From contig CM069131.1 of assembly GCA_035221665.1 (NCBI GenBank), forward strand, positions 27,280,001 through 27,344,000: a DNA stretch of 64,000 bases, given 5' to 3'. Source of the stretch: Okamejei kenojei. Lineage: Eukaryota. Shown here piece after piece: positions 11,570-24,152 of this stretch (the first letter of the stretch is position 1; each line of letters starts with the position of its first letter). The notes beneath the pieces are model-generated. The model did not search any database and was not told the DNA's origin. It was given only the letters and a program-made list of their open reading frames with translations. A program made the translations under genes and the position numbers.

Positions 11570-13860
11570 AGCCCACCTGGGTACCAGGACCTGTTAGAAT
11601 TTGTCAACATATGAGCAAGTATAACAAGTTTATCAGCACCAACTGTGACATGAGAGGTACTGTAAACCACTGGACTGATAAGCATCTGATCCACTCTGTT
11701 ATCTCCAACAAAATGTCATCAAAACAGTAATAATAAAATATCAATGAAGCCACCAGAATATTGATGATGGTGTTCTTAAGAATCCTGCCAAAAAATCCCT
11801 TCTGTGACAACACCCAATCAAGAGGTGCCTGGACTGCCCTGAGATCAACTAAAGGTACAATAGAAGAAGTGATTCTTGGCTTATTGGAAAGCACTAAAAG
11901 CAGTTTTATGAAAATGACCAGAAGATCCAAGAGCTAATTAAATCTAAATACAATGTATTCTAGAAGTGAACTGTCCAGCATGCCTCAAGGAAAATGACAT
12001 TGGCATCTATCAGGATATTGCCAGGACTAGAGGGTCTGAGCTATAGGGAGAGGTAGAGTAGGCTGCGTCTCTGTTCTTTTGAGTGCAGGAGGATGAGGGT
12101 GATCTTATAAAGGTGTACAAAATCATGAGAGGAATAGATCGGGTAGATGCACAGAGTCTCTTGCCCACAGTAGGGAAATCTTGGACCAGAGGACATAGAT
12201 TCAAGGTGAAGGGGAAAAGATTTAATAGGAATTTGAGGGGTCACCTTTTCACACAAAGGGTGGTGGGTGTATGGAACAACCTGCCGGAATATCCCATCGT
12301 TTAAAAAGCAGTTAGACATGTACATGGATAGGACAGGTTTGGAGGGATATGGACCAAGCGGTGGCAGATGGGACTAGTGTAGCTGGGACATGTAGGTCAG
12401 TGTGGGTAAATTGGACTGAAGGGCCTGTTTCCACACTGTATCACTCTACGACTCTATGACTCTATGAAAACCAAGATCCAACTAAAACCCCCCATAAGAA
12501 AAGATGGTGGCTGGTAAAATAGTGAAGAAGGTCGAGCAACTCACTGGCACCATGATATAGGCCGCCGCGGCTATCTACCACAGGCCAGAGGAACCAGGAA
12601 TGGGCAGGAGCTTGCCAAGGATAAAGATATAGTCAGCACCCACTCAAAAGAGCATGTTGATAAAGTCCAGAACTACGACCATATCTTTGACAGGAGTGTC
12701 CTTGACTTTATCCCAAAGCAAACTGTCAGCACTAGCCTCATCACCAAACTAGGCCAATAAGAAGGTGAACAGATCATATAAAAATTGGAAAAAAAAAACG
12801 GGACAAGATGCTGAACTCTAAAACTTGTCAGCGAGAAACTTCATCCATATTCATCTTTGACAATGGAAAGAGGACATACCAGTGTGCTTCATAGAAACCA
12901 CAATTGAGACCACCTTTAGGAAAGGAGATGAAAATGATAGTGTTAATTACAGAGGGGTTTTCCTTCTGCCTGCCACGGATATGGCCATCACCAGCGTGTC
13001 CTCATGAGGCCGCACAGCTGCTCTCTGAAACACAGTGTGTATCCCATCCATTTAGAGCCACAATGAACTTCATCACACAGTGAAAGGCCGGAAGCTGCAA
13101 CAACCATTACACGTGGCCTTTTTTGACCTTGTACTGTCTTTGACTCCATCAGTTGAGGGAGACTGTGGATCATCCTTTATAAATGTCACTGCCCTCAGAG
13201 GTTTACCTCCAACCTACATGTCTTTTTGATGTATTGCTGACTGGAGCAGTGGGCTCACAACAGATCCAACTCTCAGTGCAGCCTGGTGTCCCGCAAAGGT
13301 ACATTGTCACCGTAACACTTTCTAATCTTTCACATTGCAACATTGCACCTCATCTCCAACAAGCTCTCCACTAGATGGGGAGCTAACGTAAATATCAATG
13401 GGAAATTCTACCCCTGCATAACCTAGGTCACTTCAAACTCAGCTAGTGAGCTGTACAATGCAGGTGACACACCAAAGAGTATGAGAGAATGGGCCTTGCA
13501 CTTACTTAATATCTGCAAAACAAAGATCCTCCGCCAACCAGCCACCTCCACATAACACTCCCCTGACAATAAAGGACCACAACAAGAGAGTGGCAAATGT
13601 GCATCACGCTAGGTGAAGGCAGATGTCGATGATGAAATCTGCCTGTGCCTTTAGTGCACTAGCATAGCCTTAGGCATCTGAACAGGAAAGGTATTTGAAG
13701 ATCAACTCCTCAAATGTAGCGCAGTGCTCATGGTAGAACAGGCAGCAGTGATTGTCTCTTCACTTCAGAGATTGCCAACAATGGGCACCTCGATGAGCCT
13801 GTGAGGGACATATGCCATCTCAGAACCCAAAGTGTAGTGGAAACAAATCACCCTCAATCC
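11570..13860 (+). mobile_element. Highly decayed RTE-clade LINE, interrupted by a CR1 fragment
   Basis: Degenerate RT-like segments (aggaaaggagatg..aattacagaggggtttccttctg; gatgatgaaatc..tgcctttagtgcact) resemble RTE/BovB ORF2. No intact ORF remains. Confidence 0.5.
12010..12466 (+). mobile_element. CR1/HER1-type LINE 3' fragment
   Basis: ORF 12083-12304 reads GDLIKVYKIMRGIDRVD..TRGHRFKV..FTQRVVGVWN. (ACTCTATG)n tail at 12443-12466. Confidence 0.88.
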
Positions 13861-13868
13861 TGAGGGTC

Positions 13869-14092
13869 TGTGAGTGTGTCTATGTGTTTTGTGGCTGAGC
13901 GTATCCGTTTGTGTGTGTCTGTGTGTGTGTGTCCTGTAGGTGCAGGTGCGTATTTTGTGCGTGCACGTGTGTCTGTGTGCATGTCTGCGTGTGCATATGT
14001 GCATGTTTGTGGATATGTGTGTAGTTTGTCTGTGAGCATGTCTGTGTGTGTGCGTGTGTGTCTGTGTGTGTGGTTGTGAGTGAGTATGTGTG
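13869..14092. repeat. Degenerate (TG)n microsatellite
   Basis: Interrupted TG dinucleotide run. Confidence 0.9.
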
Positions 14093-16184
14093 AATATACC
14101 TCTCTCTTCACCTAGCCAGTCTTGCAGCTGATTGTGCAGAGGCAGCCCATTTTACACCGTGCTCACTAACATTAACAGGGAAGGAAGGAGAGCAGAGTGT
14201 GCAATGGGCTTTCAGTTCACTGTAAGCCACTATCTGAGGAAACGAGAACACAGTATCTCACTTTATGTCGCCAGTTTTCCCTTGTTGCACAGTAACTATA
14301 ATCTAAAGATCACAGATTACTTCACGCAGTTCACAAAATAAGATGATGAATTTCATCCCCCGGCATTGAGATAACGCTTCTTCCACATTTAAAAGTGGAA
14401 CTGAGATAACTGGCACACAAAATGGACAAATTACCATCCTGAATCATGAGTTGTTTTTAGCAAGAATCTCAGATTGAGCAAAGATTATATTTTTCCAACT
14501 ATGTATAAAATTACTTTTGGAGAGCATTCAGAATTTTTCTTTCCATTTGTTGAAGGGATGAGGACTTATCGCGTTAGGTCAACGTTTGATGCCCATATAA
14601 ACTTGCCCTTGTTGGTGGATGGTGAGTCATCTCCATAATTCTGTTGTATTGAGTGTTGCCGTATATAGATTCAGCAATGATGAAGGAATGGCAAAATATA
14701 TCCCAGTTGGATTGGTGTGGGCTCTGGAGAACAACCTGTAGATGAGTGGTTGTGGTTGTGTTACTCTGTACCAGCTGGTTTACCTTCAACATAATTCTAT
14801 GACTTCACGAGAGAAGGCTTTAATTCTTTCAAAACACTTCAGGACATGACTACAGTTGTAATTAATTATTTAAGGAAGGAATAAAGGAGATTCATCAAGC
14901 TTGGAATTAAATAAATTGTTTCCATACTTTTGCAACTTATTTTTGGGGTTCTTATTTTGTGAAACATTTTTAATTTGTACTTGCATTTTCATTTTCATTC
15001 ACCATGACTTGACTTGACTTGTTCAGTATCAGTTCGAACCACTTTTAGTGTTCGGACCTGAACTGCAAACTGCTTCCTCCATTGTGCAGCTTCCTTCTCT
15101 GGCAACAAAGACTGTCTGAACGAGAATATTGTCATTGATCATTCGCCACGATAATGCCGACAGGATCCAGCTACATTTTCCATTAATCCCCTTCCCTTGA
15201 AATATTTACAATTTGGCTTCATGAATAAAGTTCACACAGTGGCTTCTTAATCTTAACAGACCTAATGGAACCCAATTTATGAGTGTAAATTGAGCATAAG
15301 ATTGATGCATTAAAAAAGTCTTCACCTGAAATGTGGTGTGGCAGTTTTTAGGTACTTTGAAGACCACCTTACGAAAGTGCCTAATGCTTCTTTTATGTCC
15401 ACTCTGCCTTGTTAAAGTTTTTTACTGCCCAGTGAAAGTTAAGTTGAACAAAATGGCTCGTAATGCCCTCAAGGTTCCTTGTGTGGGACCAAGGGTAGCA
15501 GTAGTTTTCATATAACATAATAATGCAGCCACCTTGTGCACAGGATGTGGCTGACAAAGCGCAGGAGCAGCTGTGAATAGCACCTCAGCAATTCATAAAG
15601 TTTACACTGAGTGGGAGGTGCAGCAATAAATAAATGTTTTCAAATTCAAAATAATTATCATTAACGCAAGCATATAATCAGATCTAGGGGTAGTAGGGCA
15701 CCATCATAAACATGTTGTATCATAGTTATAATCGGTAAGAATTATAAATCAGTATGGTCAATGCCATTTCTCACAAATTATCATGAAAGGTGGCAATGTG
15801 TGTGAAAATACAATTTATTTTACAATTTTAATTTTATCTAATCTTTTGTACATTTCACAAATAGATGATGAGGATGAGTTTGAAAATGGAAACACATCAA
15901 TATCACAGTCCATGCAAACATATGTGAGGAATTTTCAACTAACTGTACAAAGAACTCCAAACAATTCATTTGCTGAGAGAAAAATAATAAGAAATGCAAT
16001 GCCCAATTAAAAAATCCTACAAAGTATACAAGTTTTAAAGTGCATTTAAATATTAAAGCATGTTTCAATCAAATCGCTCAGGCATCTGGGTGTGACTGTT
16101 GACTGAAGTAACCCAGAGGCAAGACAGGCAATGTAGTTATTTTAAACCAGGTTTAACAGAATAGCATTTCGTAGTGACACTTAC

Positions 16185-16248
16185 TTTTGCCAGAAAATAA
16201 GAGGACTAACGTCACGATCAAGTACAGCCATGAGTTATGCTGCTTCAT
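16185..16248 (-). CDS. TMEM154: TMEM154 first coding exon (signal peptide)
   Basis: ATG at 16248 in an aacATGa context, 64 nt, encoding MKQHNSWLYLIVTLVLLFSGK. The canonical donor GTAAGT is phase 1 and joins the 7436 exon in frame. Confidence 0.8.
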
Positions 16249-16299
16249 GTTATGTTATAGTGAACATGCATTCAGTTCCATTGTGCTCTGATTTCCTCT

Positions 16300-16400
16300 G
16301 CTACTCAAAGAAACGTCACCATTTCCTGTTTCCTGTAAGTTTTTCTGGCCTAAATGTTTCTTCAAGACCTGTTTTTGAATGATGATTTTAAGGAAGTGAT
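16300..16400 (-). promoter_or_regulatory. Putative TMEM154 proximal promoter with ETS-type motifs
   Basis: The minus strand reads caggaaacaggaaatggtgacg (tandem GGAA plus half-CRE) about 70-90 bp upstream of the ATG. AGGAAGTG is at 16391 on the plus strand. Confidence 0.35.
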
Positions 16401-17169
16401 GCAATATAACCTGAGATTACTGCTGCTTATGGTGTTTGCTCTCTTATTTATCATCTTTGAAGTATACCGTGCAGGCATTCACTGCACCAAATGACCAGGA
16501 TCCTCCAGCAACTGGTCATGGCTTGCAATTACAGGATGCAACCAATAAAAAATGTCATTTTTTTGATAAGATTACATTCATATAAAAATAAAGAATAATA
16601 CATTTTGCGCTCACATATTAAGTTCAGTCGATCTTGCCATGTGAGAAGGTCAAATAAATTGAATACGAATATCACTGTACCTTAATTGGTACACGTGGCA
16701 ATAAAAGACCTTTGAAACCTTTGATTCTATTTTTCATGCCCATAAGATCCATATTTGACTTCCACCAGGAAGAAGAGATGGTTACAAGATAGCCTAGAGC
16801 ACGGAGAAATTAGTCAATTTTCTATGCACATGAAAAGTCAAAGTGGACCAGTGATAAAAGATCAAGGGCGGTGGACCACAGTGGGTAGATATAATTCAAT
16901 GCCTATTGGGACAAGTGTCAGACCACCAGTGCCTACTCTCAATACAAGAGTGAGCCACTGGGACAAGTCTGAGATCGACTTATTCACATGCACACAGACG
17001 ATGTGGGACTACACTGCCACATGGACCCAGACCTCTGTCACTATTGTCTTTCACTATAAATGGAACTTATCTCGTGATCTCACTCCACCGCGAGTGTGTC
17101 GGTGTAATCATTTTTCACCCGGCATCGTCCCTCACGCCACAACGCTGGAGAATGTGGGCATGACTACAC

Positions 17170-17715
17170 TGGCTACTCACCTATGTACAAGCCTTCATAT
17201 CCCGCTTGCAGGCATCTTTGAAGCGTCCAATACGCTGAGAGCCAGTTGCAAGCTGGCCGGACAAGATGTCTTTTGGCATGCGGCCATCCTCCAGTCGGCA
17301 GAAGTGGCCAAGCCATTGGAGCCGTCGCTGACTCAACAGAGAGTAAGTGCTGGGGATTCCAGCACGCTCCAGGATGTTGGTCGAGGGTGCGGTTCTTCCA
17401 GGAGATACTGAAAATCCATTTAAGTCTTCGCATATGAAAATGTTTAGACGTCGCTCCTGCAGATGTATGTAGTCCGTGTCTCGCTGTCATACAGGAGGGT
17501 GGTGAGGATGCATGCCTGGTACACATGTAATTTGGTGTATACCGTGAGGAGCTTGTTTTTCCACACCCTCTTAACCAGCCTGGCCACGGTGGTTGCCACT
17601 ATACCGACTCGCCTGGTGATTTCAGTGTCCAGGCACAGGTTGGTGGAAACTGTAGATCCGAGGTGGGTGAAATCCTCAACCACTTCCAGTGTGTGGTCAC
17701 AGATTTTAATGCAAG
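17170..17715 (-). mobile_element. RTE-clade LINE fragment
   Basis: The frame TLEVVEDFTHLGSTVSTNLCLDTEITRRVG..RLVKRVW..TKLHVYQACILTTLLYDSET is the RTE RT C-terminal region. Confidence 0.8.
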
Positions 17716-19653
17716 CTGCGTGGCTAGTGCAGCACATTACGAGCCATGCGGAACAATCGCTCCCAAACACCGCCGCGATGGTACCCTGCTGGGGGTTAAA
17801 GTACCACCTTATCTCTCGCTGGAGCATAGCACTCTGGATCGTATCCTGATTCAAGCCATTGAGTGCTTCTCTCAATTCTCTTTAAATAAATAAAATTTGT
17901 GCTGATCTTAAAGATGAAACTTAACCTCGTTGACAGATGAATCTTCATAATACTTGGATGTAGGAGTCTGTGTCAAGTGTAGGTGCAACTTCAAGATATA
18001 CTGCCCTGCTTGCCATGCAGGTGAAGATTACACCATACCTTTTAACAAGACTTTGTCTACTCTTGATCGCTATAGGACCAAAGTAGTCTATTCCTACATC
18101 TGTAAATGGAGGTTTGTCTGGTAGAATCCTCTCCAGGGGCAAGTCTGCCATTTTTTGTTCCCCAACTCTTCCTCACTGTCGTCTACACCCAACACAGTCT
18201 GTTATGACCGTTCTTGCAGCAGAGTTCGCTTTGATAATCCAGTATCTTTTACGGGGGCGAGTCAGCATATGATTTCTTCCTCCATGTCCGAGTTGTTCAT
18301 GGATAAGTCGTAACAGTAGTGTTGATATGTGAAGGTCCGAGAGAATAATAAGATGTTTGGCTTCTTCAAACATCGCAAGCCTATTCAGGCAACCACCTAC
18401 TCTCAGAAGTCCTTTATCCAGCACCGGATCTAGCTTGTACAAATGACTGCTGCCTTTGACACCATTTTTACCAGCTTCTAGTACTGATAGCTCTTCTTTG
18501 AATCTTTATTATTGACTGAAAGAGATGACTGTGCTTTCTGTTTGGAAAGGACCTTCAGGACATAAACACATAAACGGAGTGTTGCTTTAAAGACTTGCAT
18601 CTCTCTATCAACTTTTTCCTTTAGTTTGCCAGGATCTTTTTCAAAGCTATTCACAGCAGTTTGAATCTCCTTTCTTTTTCGAGTCAACTGCAAGAGTGTT
18701 GTCCTTACTTTAAGAAGCCAAGCTACAGCAGTCTTCAGATTCCTCCATGATGAGAAATAGGTGATCAGAGAGTCTGTGAGGTTCACTGGGTCCTTGACGT
18801 TGACGTTCATTGTGATGTCTTGCTTGATTTCTGGATCATTGGCAGAGATTGCAGATTCCAAGTGAAGCTTCGGCCATTCTCTCTCTGGCTTACAGAGAAA
18901 CTCTGGTCCATTGATCCATCTCTTACAGCTTAAGAAGCGGTCTGCTGTTAGTCCTCTCTCTAGAGGCTTCATCTGCAGGATTTTCCTTTGTGTCAACATA
19001 TCTCCATTGTGGTATATCAGTAGCATCCCTTACGCAAAAGATCCTGTTTGCTACAAATGTTTGGAAGTGTTTGGTTTTGTTGTTGATGTACTTAAGCACT
19101 GTTGTGCTATCGGTCCAGAAGATGGATTTGTCCAATTGGAGCTGTAATTCTTTTTGCAGCATTGTGTCAACACTGACAGCTAGAACTGCAGCTGTTAGCT
19201 CCATTCTAGGATCGTCATTTGTTTTAATGGAGCCACTCTGGCTTTTCCTATTATGGATGCAACATGCACTTCTTTGTTATCATCTTCCAGTCTTAGATAT
19301 GAAACAGAACCGTAGCCACTTTCGCTTGCGTCTGAAAAGTGGTGCAGCTGTGCATATCTGATTTGCGGGCTGCATGCACCAGTCAACTTTAAATTCCACC
19401 ATCTTGTTGAGATGTGCTAACCATCCTGTCCATCGCTGAGAGAAGGTTTGCGGAATGGTTTCATCCCATCCGAGTCTTTTCTTAGAGAGCTCCTGCATAA
19501 TCGGATTGGCTGGCAGAGCAAAGGGTGCTAGAAATCCTAAAGGGTCGTATATAGAGCTGACCACAGGCAAGATGCTCCGTCTTGTGTATGGCCATTACTG
19601 TGCAGCAATTTTGAACTTGAACACATCTGTTTCAATGCACCAGTGCAATCCCA

Positions 19654-19707
19654 GGGGTGGAAGATTGCAACCTTCACGTGGTCCGCCCTGTTTCGACTAA
19701 TGCAATC
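19654..19707 (+). ncRNA. Predicted minimal HDV/CPEB3-like self-cleaving ribozyme
   Basis: P1 GGGGUGG/CCGCCCU (G1-U wobble), P2 GAUUGCA/UGCAAUC, P3 ACC/GGU, L3 UUCACGU, short P4 loop, J4/2 CUAA. The helix order is that of the HDV nested double pseudoknot. Folded by eye, activity untested. Confidence 0.78.
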
Positions 19708-19790
19708 AACTCGACGTGCACAAACAGAAGATCAAATAGTACAAGTTGTCCTGCAACTTTAGGCTGTGCACGCCACACGAAAGAAGAAGA
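19654..19790 (+). mobile_element. ~140-bp non-autonomous retroposon with 5' HDV-like ribozyme and (GAA)n tail (copy A)
   Basis: Inserted in the BEL element. 12-bp TSD AGTGCAA(T/C)CCCA at 19642-19653 and 19791-19802. A homologous copy lies at 29007-29150. Confidence 0.85.
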
Positions 19791-21421
19791 AGTGCAACCC
19801 CAATGCTCTTTCCATTGGCAGATTGTCCTTGTTCAAGTCCAACTCCCTGGTCTCCTTGGTTCTGTTTTCTTATAGAATGGATGCCAATCCAGCGCGGCTG
19901 TTGCTGATCCACTTTGACAGCATGAATCCTCCCATTTGGCAGAGGGAAGTCAGGTCTCTTGCCATTTGAACTGTTTCTTTTTCCGAAGGCATGGATTTTA
20001 AGCAATATTCTACATGGGTTGTTCTTTACTGTGTTTGTCACCTCTGCTGGAAAGTGAGCTTTGCTGTCTTCAGCAGTCATCCTCAATGCAAAATTTGTAC
20101 AACTTGGTGACGACAGGCTCCAAAAAGATGTACCTTAATCCGGTATCCAACAAGATCTTGCTGCACATCATCCTCGGGCCACCACAGGAATCGCAGATAG
20201 TCAACATGCTTTTCTGATACCTTGACATGATGAAACATTTCCCTGATATCAGCCATCGCAGCAACCGGTTCTTATCTGAATCTGATGAGAACTGCCATAA
20301 GTGAGTTGGTAAGGTTGCACCCTGCAGCAGTTGGCAGTTGTGATATTCCTTTGACGACTGCACGGCAGTCAAAGACTATCCTTACGGTTCCTTTTCTTGA
20401 GTGATTCACCCCGTGGTGAGGGATGTACCAGAGCGCTCCATCACTTCGATTCAGTTGGTCCACTGGTACCATTTCAGCATAACCATTGTCAATCATTTCT
20501 GTGAGGAAAGAAGTATATTCATCATGAAATTTCTTATTCCTGCGTTTCAGGCTCTGGATGAGCTGCTCTGCAATGCAACGGTTATTTGGCATGCTGATGC
20601 TTTCTTGTTTGAAGGCAATAGTGTCCATCTGCCATCTTTGCTGAACAATTCATAATATCCAAGAATTTTACCTCGTCTCTGGACATTTCCTCTGTTTCCT
20701 TGCTGGCTCTTTCACTGAAGTCGTGATTGTATTGTTTGACCGGAAGCTCCTCTAGGTTTACAATGGATATTCGATTAACAGCAGCAGCAGGGCAGCCATT
20801 TTCATCCCTGCTGTCCTTGCCTCTTCTCAGGGGACATAGGTGGCCCACCCTAGTAGGATCCTCATGGCATACGGTCCATCCCCTTGGCTGTTGACCAGCT
20901 CTCAAGATTCTAATACCTTTGAAGCATTTGTACCAATGAGTAGGTCAATGCCAGAGTCTATTTCAGGAATCTTGATATCCTTCACCAATCATATCATATC
21001 TTCGTCTGGGAATGTTTAGCTGATAAACAGGCATGGTCTTATGTGTGAACACATCTGATAGTTGAACAAAATCGTCTTTCTCCTGACTAGATATTTCCAA
21101 ACCTGAGATATGATGACAGATCACAGGCTTCACTTGGTTCATGGTACGCAAGAAAATATTGGTCCTTTGTCCTGCAATGTTCAGCCTTCCTATCAAGCTT
21201 TCTGTGCAAAAGGTAGTTGAACTTCCATGATCCAAAAATGCGTATGTTTGCAACACTGTGTCCCCCTTGTGGCTCTTTACCTGTACTGGTACAATGGAGA
21301 AGATGCAGGTTTCATCACCAGCCCCAATATGCCCATATTATGAGGTAAGGGAACAATGTTACTCACAATTGGCTTCTCATTCTGTTGTGTGTGCTCCGGC
21401 TTCTTCTCTTTGTCCTTTTCT

Positions 21422-21557
21422 TCAATGATGATTTTGTTCAGGATGATTTTGTTCAGGATGATTTTGTTCAGGATGATTTTGTTCAATGATGATTTTGTTC
21501 AGGATGATTTTGTTCAGGATGATTTTATTCAATGATCATTTTGTTCAGGATGATTTT
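21422..21557. repeat. 15-bp minisatellite inside the BEL gag-pol
   Basis: About 9 units of ggatgattttgttca, with a variant aatgatgattttgttc. Confidence 0.9.
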
Positions 21558-23452
21558 GGTTGCACACATCACAAGTCAAACGACTCTTGCAGTCTTTGCT
21601 CATGTGTCCTATCTTCAACCATCCAAAGCAGACTCCCTTCTCCTTTAAGAAGTCTATCTTTTCTCTATGCCCCTTCTTCCTGATCTGTGATCCCAATGTG
21701 TGACCACTTTTATTACAGAACAAACATGTTCTGTAATATCTAGGCATTGCAACAACATCTCAGGAACAGTGAGAACGCTTCCAATGCCTTCACATGGTCT
21801 GGTCTGATCACCGACCATGCAAATGCCTTGAGCATATACGTAGTGCCAATCTTGTGTTCATTACCAACATGTTCTTTAAGCAAATCCTTTGCTCTTTGAT
21901 AACCCTGGGCTGGAGGAAAATGCCGGCAACTGCGGACCAAGTCTTTTGGACACCCTCTTGTGCATTGCTCGAGAAAATGCAAGTAATCACTGACATCAAA
22001 TGGCATGATGAAATCTTCATACTGCAAAGGATCACCATCAGAACCAGGAATGTCTCTTGGTGGTAAAGTAGAAGAGAGATTTTGTTGATATCACCTTGGT
22101 TTCCATCATTCAGTATAGGGGGAGGGGGGTAGTGCGAACATGCCGCTGCACACCCTTATTCATATGAATCTGAACATTTTGCCTTTGAAGAGAGTATTGA
22201 GTTAGATGGGTCATATCATGGGCTCTAACAGATGGTCTATGAGTTATTTGTTTTGGTCTAACAACTTGTTGCTGGGAGGAAGATTCAGTTCCCATCAACA
22301 CAGTCTGTCTTTGTTGCACTTGATCAGGCAAATATTAATCTGCATGTAGTTCTAACTTAGCTGATGTTTCCCAAATAAGAGCTCCTCCCATCAGACACTC
22401 GAGAGCTGGTTCTTGATCCCTTGGCCTCAAATACTGTACATTGATCCTTGCTGCCAGCTAGGTCTCTAGTTCCAGCTGTTCCATCGCTCTCTTCAATTGT
22501 GCCTTTTGTGCCTCAAATACACGCCTTTTGTTCATGGCGGCAACACGTTCCAAGAGAGCAGTCTTATCTGCCTGAGCTTTAATACGAGCAGAGGCTGTTG
22601 AAGATGCACATGATGAAGAACTAGATCTGTGGCTTAATTTAAGTTTTTAGACATTTGAAACATCAGGTCCAATTTCTTTTGAGTTTACAACACTGTGATG
22701 GCACTTTCAGCTATCGAGTGTGTAGTTTGCTGTCCAACTTCAAGTAACCACACCTCTACATCTTGTATAAAACTATTAAACGTTTCCATTCTTTATTGAA
22801 ACCGCTGATCTTGCCTTTCAAGATCCTTTTCAGGCAGTGGTACGTACCTTCGCCAATGACACGTGGTTTTCTCTGACTTCATCTTAGAGCTTGATTAATT
22901 GAACCAGGTTAGATTGTACTTCATTTGCATTTTCCTCTGATTTCATGAGCTCTTTCAGCTTTTCAATTCACTTGTTAGCTTGTTTACATATCGAGTTTCT
23001 TGTCTTCAGACACTTTTCCATGAACAATTCCCAGCCTTTGTCAAACTCTTTTTTCCTTTTCAGAATCCTTTCCAACATCGCCATCTTGTGACTGAGCTTT
23101 AGACATACTTGTTCACTGTCCCTTTAAGACTCGTTCATGTGAAAGCCATATGCCGACAGCACAATATTTCAAACAACTGATATCATTCTGATTCTCAAGG
23201 TCACTTCTCAATTCTCCATTTTAGTAGCCATTTTCCAATACAGCTTATCATATATAGCTTCTCCAATAAAGCTTAATGCTGTATGTACTCACTCTCCCTG
23301 CCCGTTGGCTTTCAGGGGTTTCCAATCTCTGTTAGTCAGATTAACGCAGGTGGCGACCTTGTCTAGTTGATTGGGAATGTGAAATAAAACAATCCCTGTT
23401 CCCAGGCTTTCACTAGCTCCAGTTTCACTCTTAGAGCTAGTTCTCACTTAAA

Positions 23453-23811
23453 TGTAACGGCAAATTTCCAACTTTTCCAGTACCTCTTTTCCAGTTGCCA
23501 TTACTACACAGGTAAGTAGGAGTGATCTTACACAGGCCAGGTAGAACAGATCTTCCAGTCGTTATTTCCAGTATAATTGGTTGTTTATTGAAGCAGTTGT
23601 ACAAACAAAGAAATGAATGTACCAGGTTTTCCTTATTCCGCATACAAGCTGTAGCTGGTTCTTCTCCCCGGTCAGATTCTCCCTCCCTGTCTGGTCTGCC
23701 TGTCCTCTATGCCCATATATATACGCCCCTCTGTGCATCTAATGACCGCCCCCAAGCTCCAAAAATAATACTGCATGATATATCTAGACAAAATAATATA
23801 ATATGACAACA
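23453..23811 (-). mobile_element. Probable 5' LTR of the BEL element
   Basis: On the minus strand it starts TGTTGTCA and ends GTTACA, with a TATA-like tatatatatggg and AATAAA, upstream of gag. There is no second LTR to confirm the limits. Confidence 0.45.
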
Positions 23812-23995
23812 GTAGCTAGCCTAAACATAAATGGCTCCTACAAATATATTACCAATGCCAAAATGCCGTCTCTGAAATTGGTTATCTGCTGTGCAGCCAC
23901 AAATGCAACATCAAAAAGGGCAAAGACTGCATTGCCAATGATCATGAAGGTCATCATGGTAATGATTTTTATTACAACAGATATGTTGGGGAATA

Positions 23996-24152
23996 AAAGA
24001 CATAAAGTGCTGGAGTAGCTCAACGAGCCAGGCAGCATCTTGGAGAACATGGATAGGTGATGTTTTGGATCAGCTATCCATGTTCTCCGGAGATGTTGCC
24101 CGACCCGTTGAGTTACTCCAGCACGTTCTTTTGTAAACCAGCATCTGCAGGT
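23996..24152. mobile_element. Penelope-derived palindromic element (diverged)
   Basis: Arms gtgctggagtagctcaacgag..ggagaacatggatag and ctatccatgttctcc..cgttgagttactccagcac. Confidence 0.75.

Larger units (their letters stand above)
17716..23811 (-). mobile_element. BEL/Pao LTR retrotransposon, frameshifted, 3' end missing
   Basis: Ordered remnants: gag (CTRGCPKDLVRSC..GYQRAKDLLKEH), zinc knuckles (CLFC..SGH, CDVCNQNHP), protease (TYAFLDHGSSTTF), RT (WYIPHHGV..RIVFDC), RNase H region (IYDPLGFLAP, LHHFSDASE, FWTDSTTVL..FQTFVANRI), integrase ([32 protein letters not shown]). Confidence 0.92.

Noticed and set aside
14925-15200. Unique-looking, CpG-containing segment in TMEM154 intron 1 as a possible exon
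   Set aside because: All minus-strand frames hit stops, there is no matching splice pair and no recognisable peptide.
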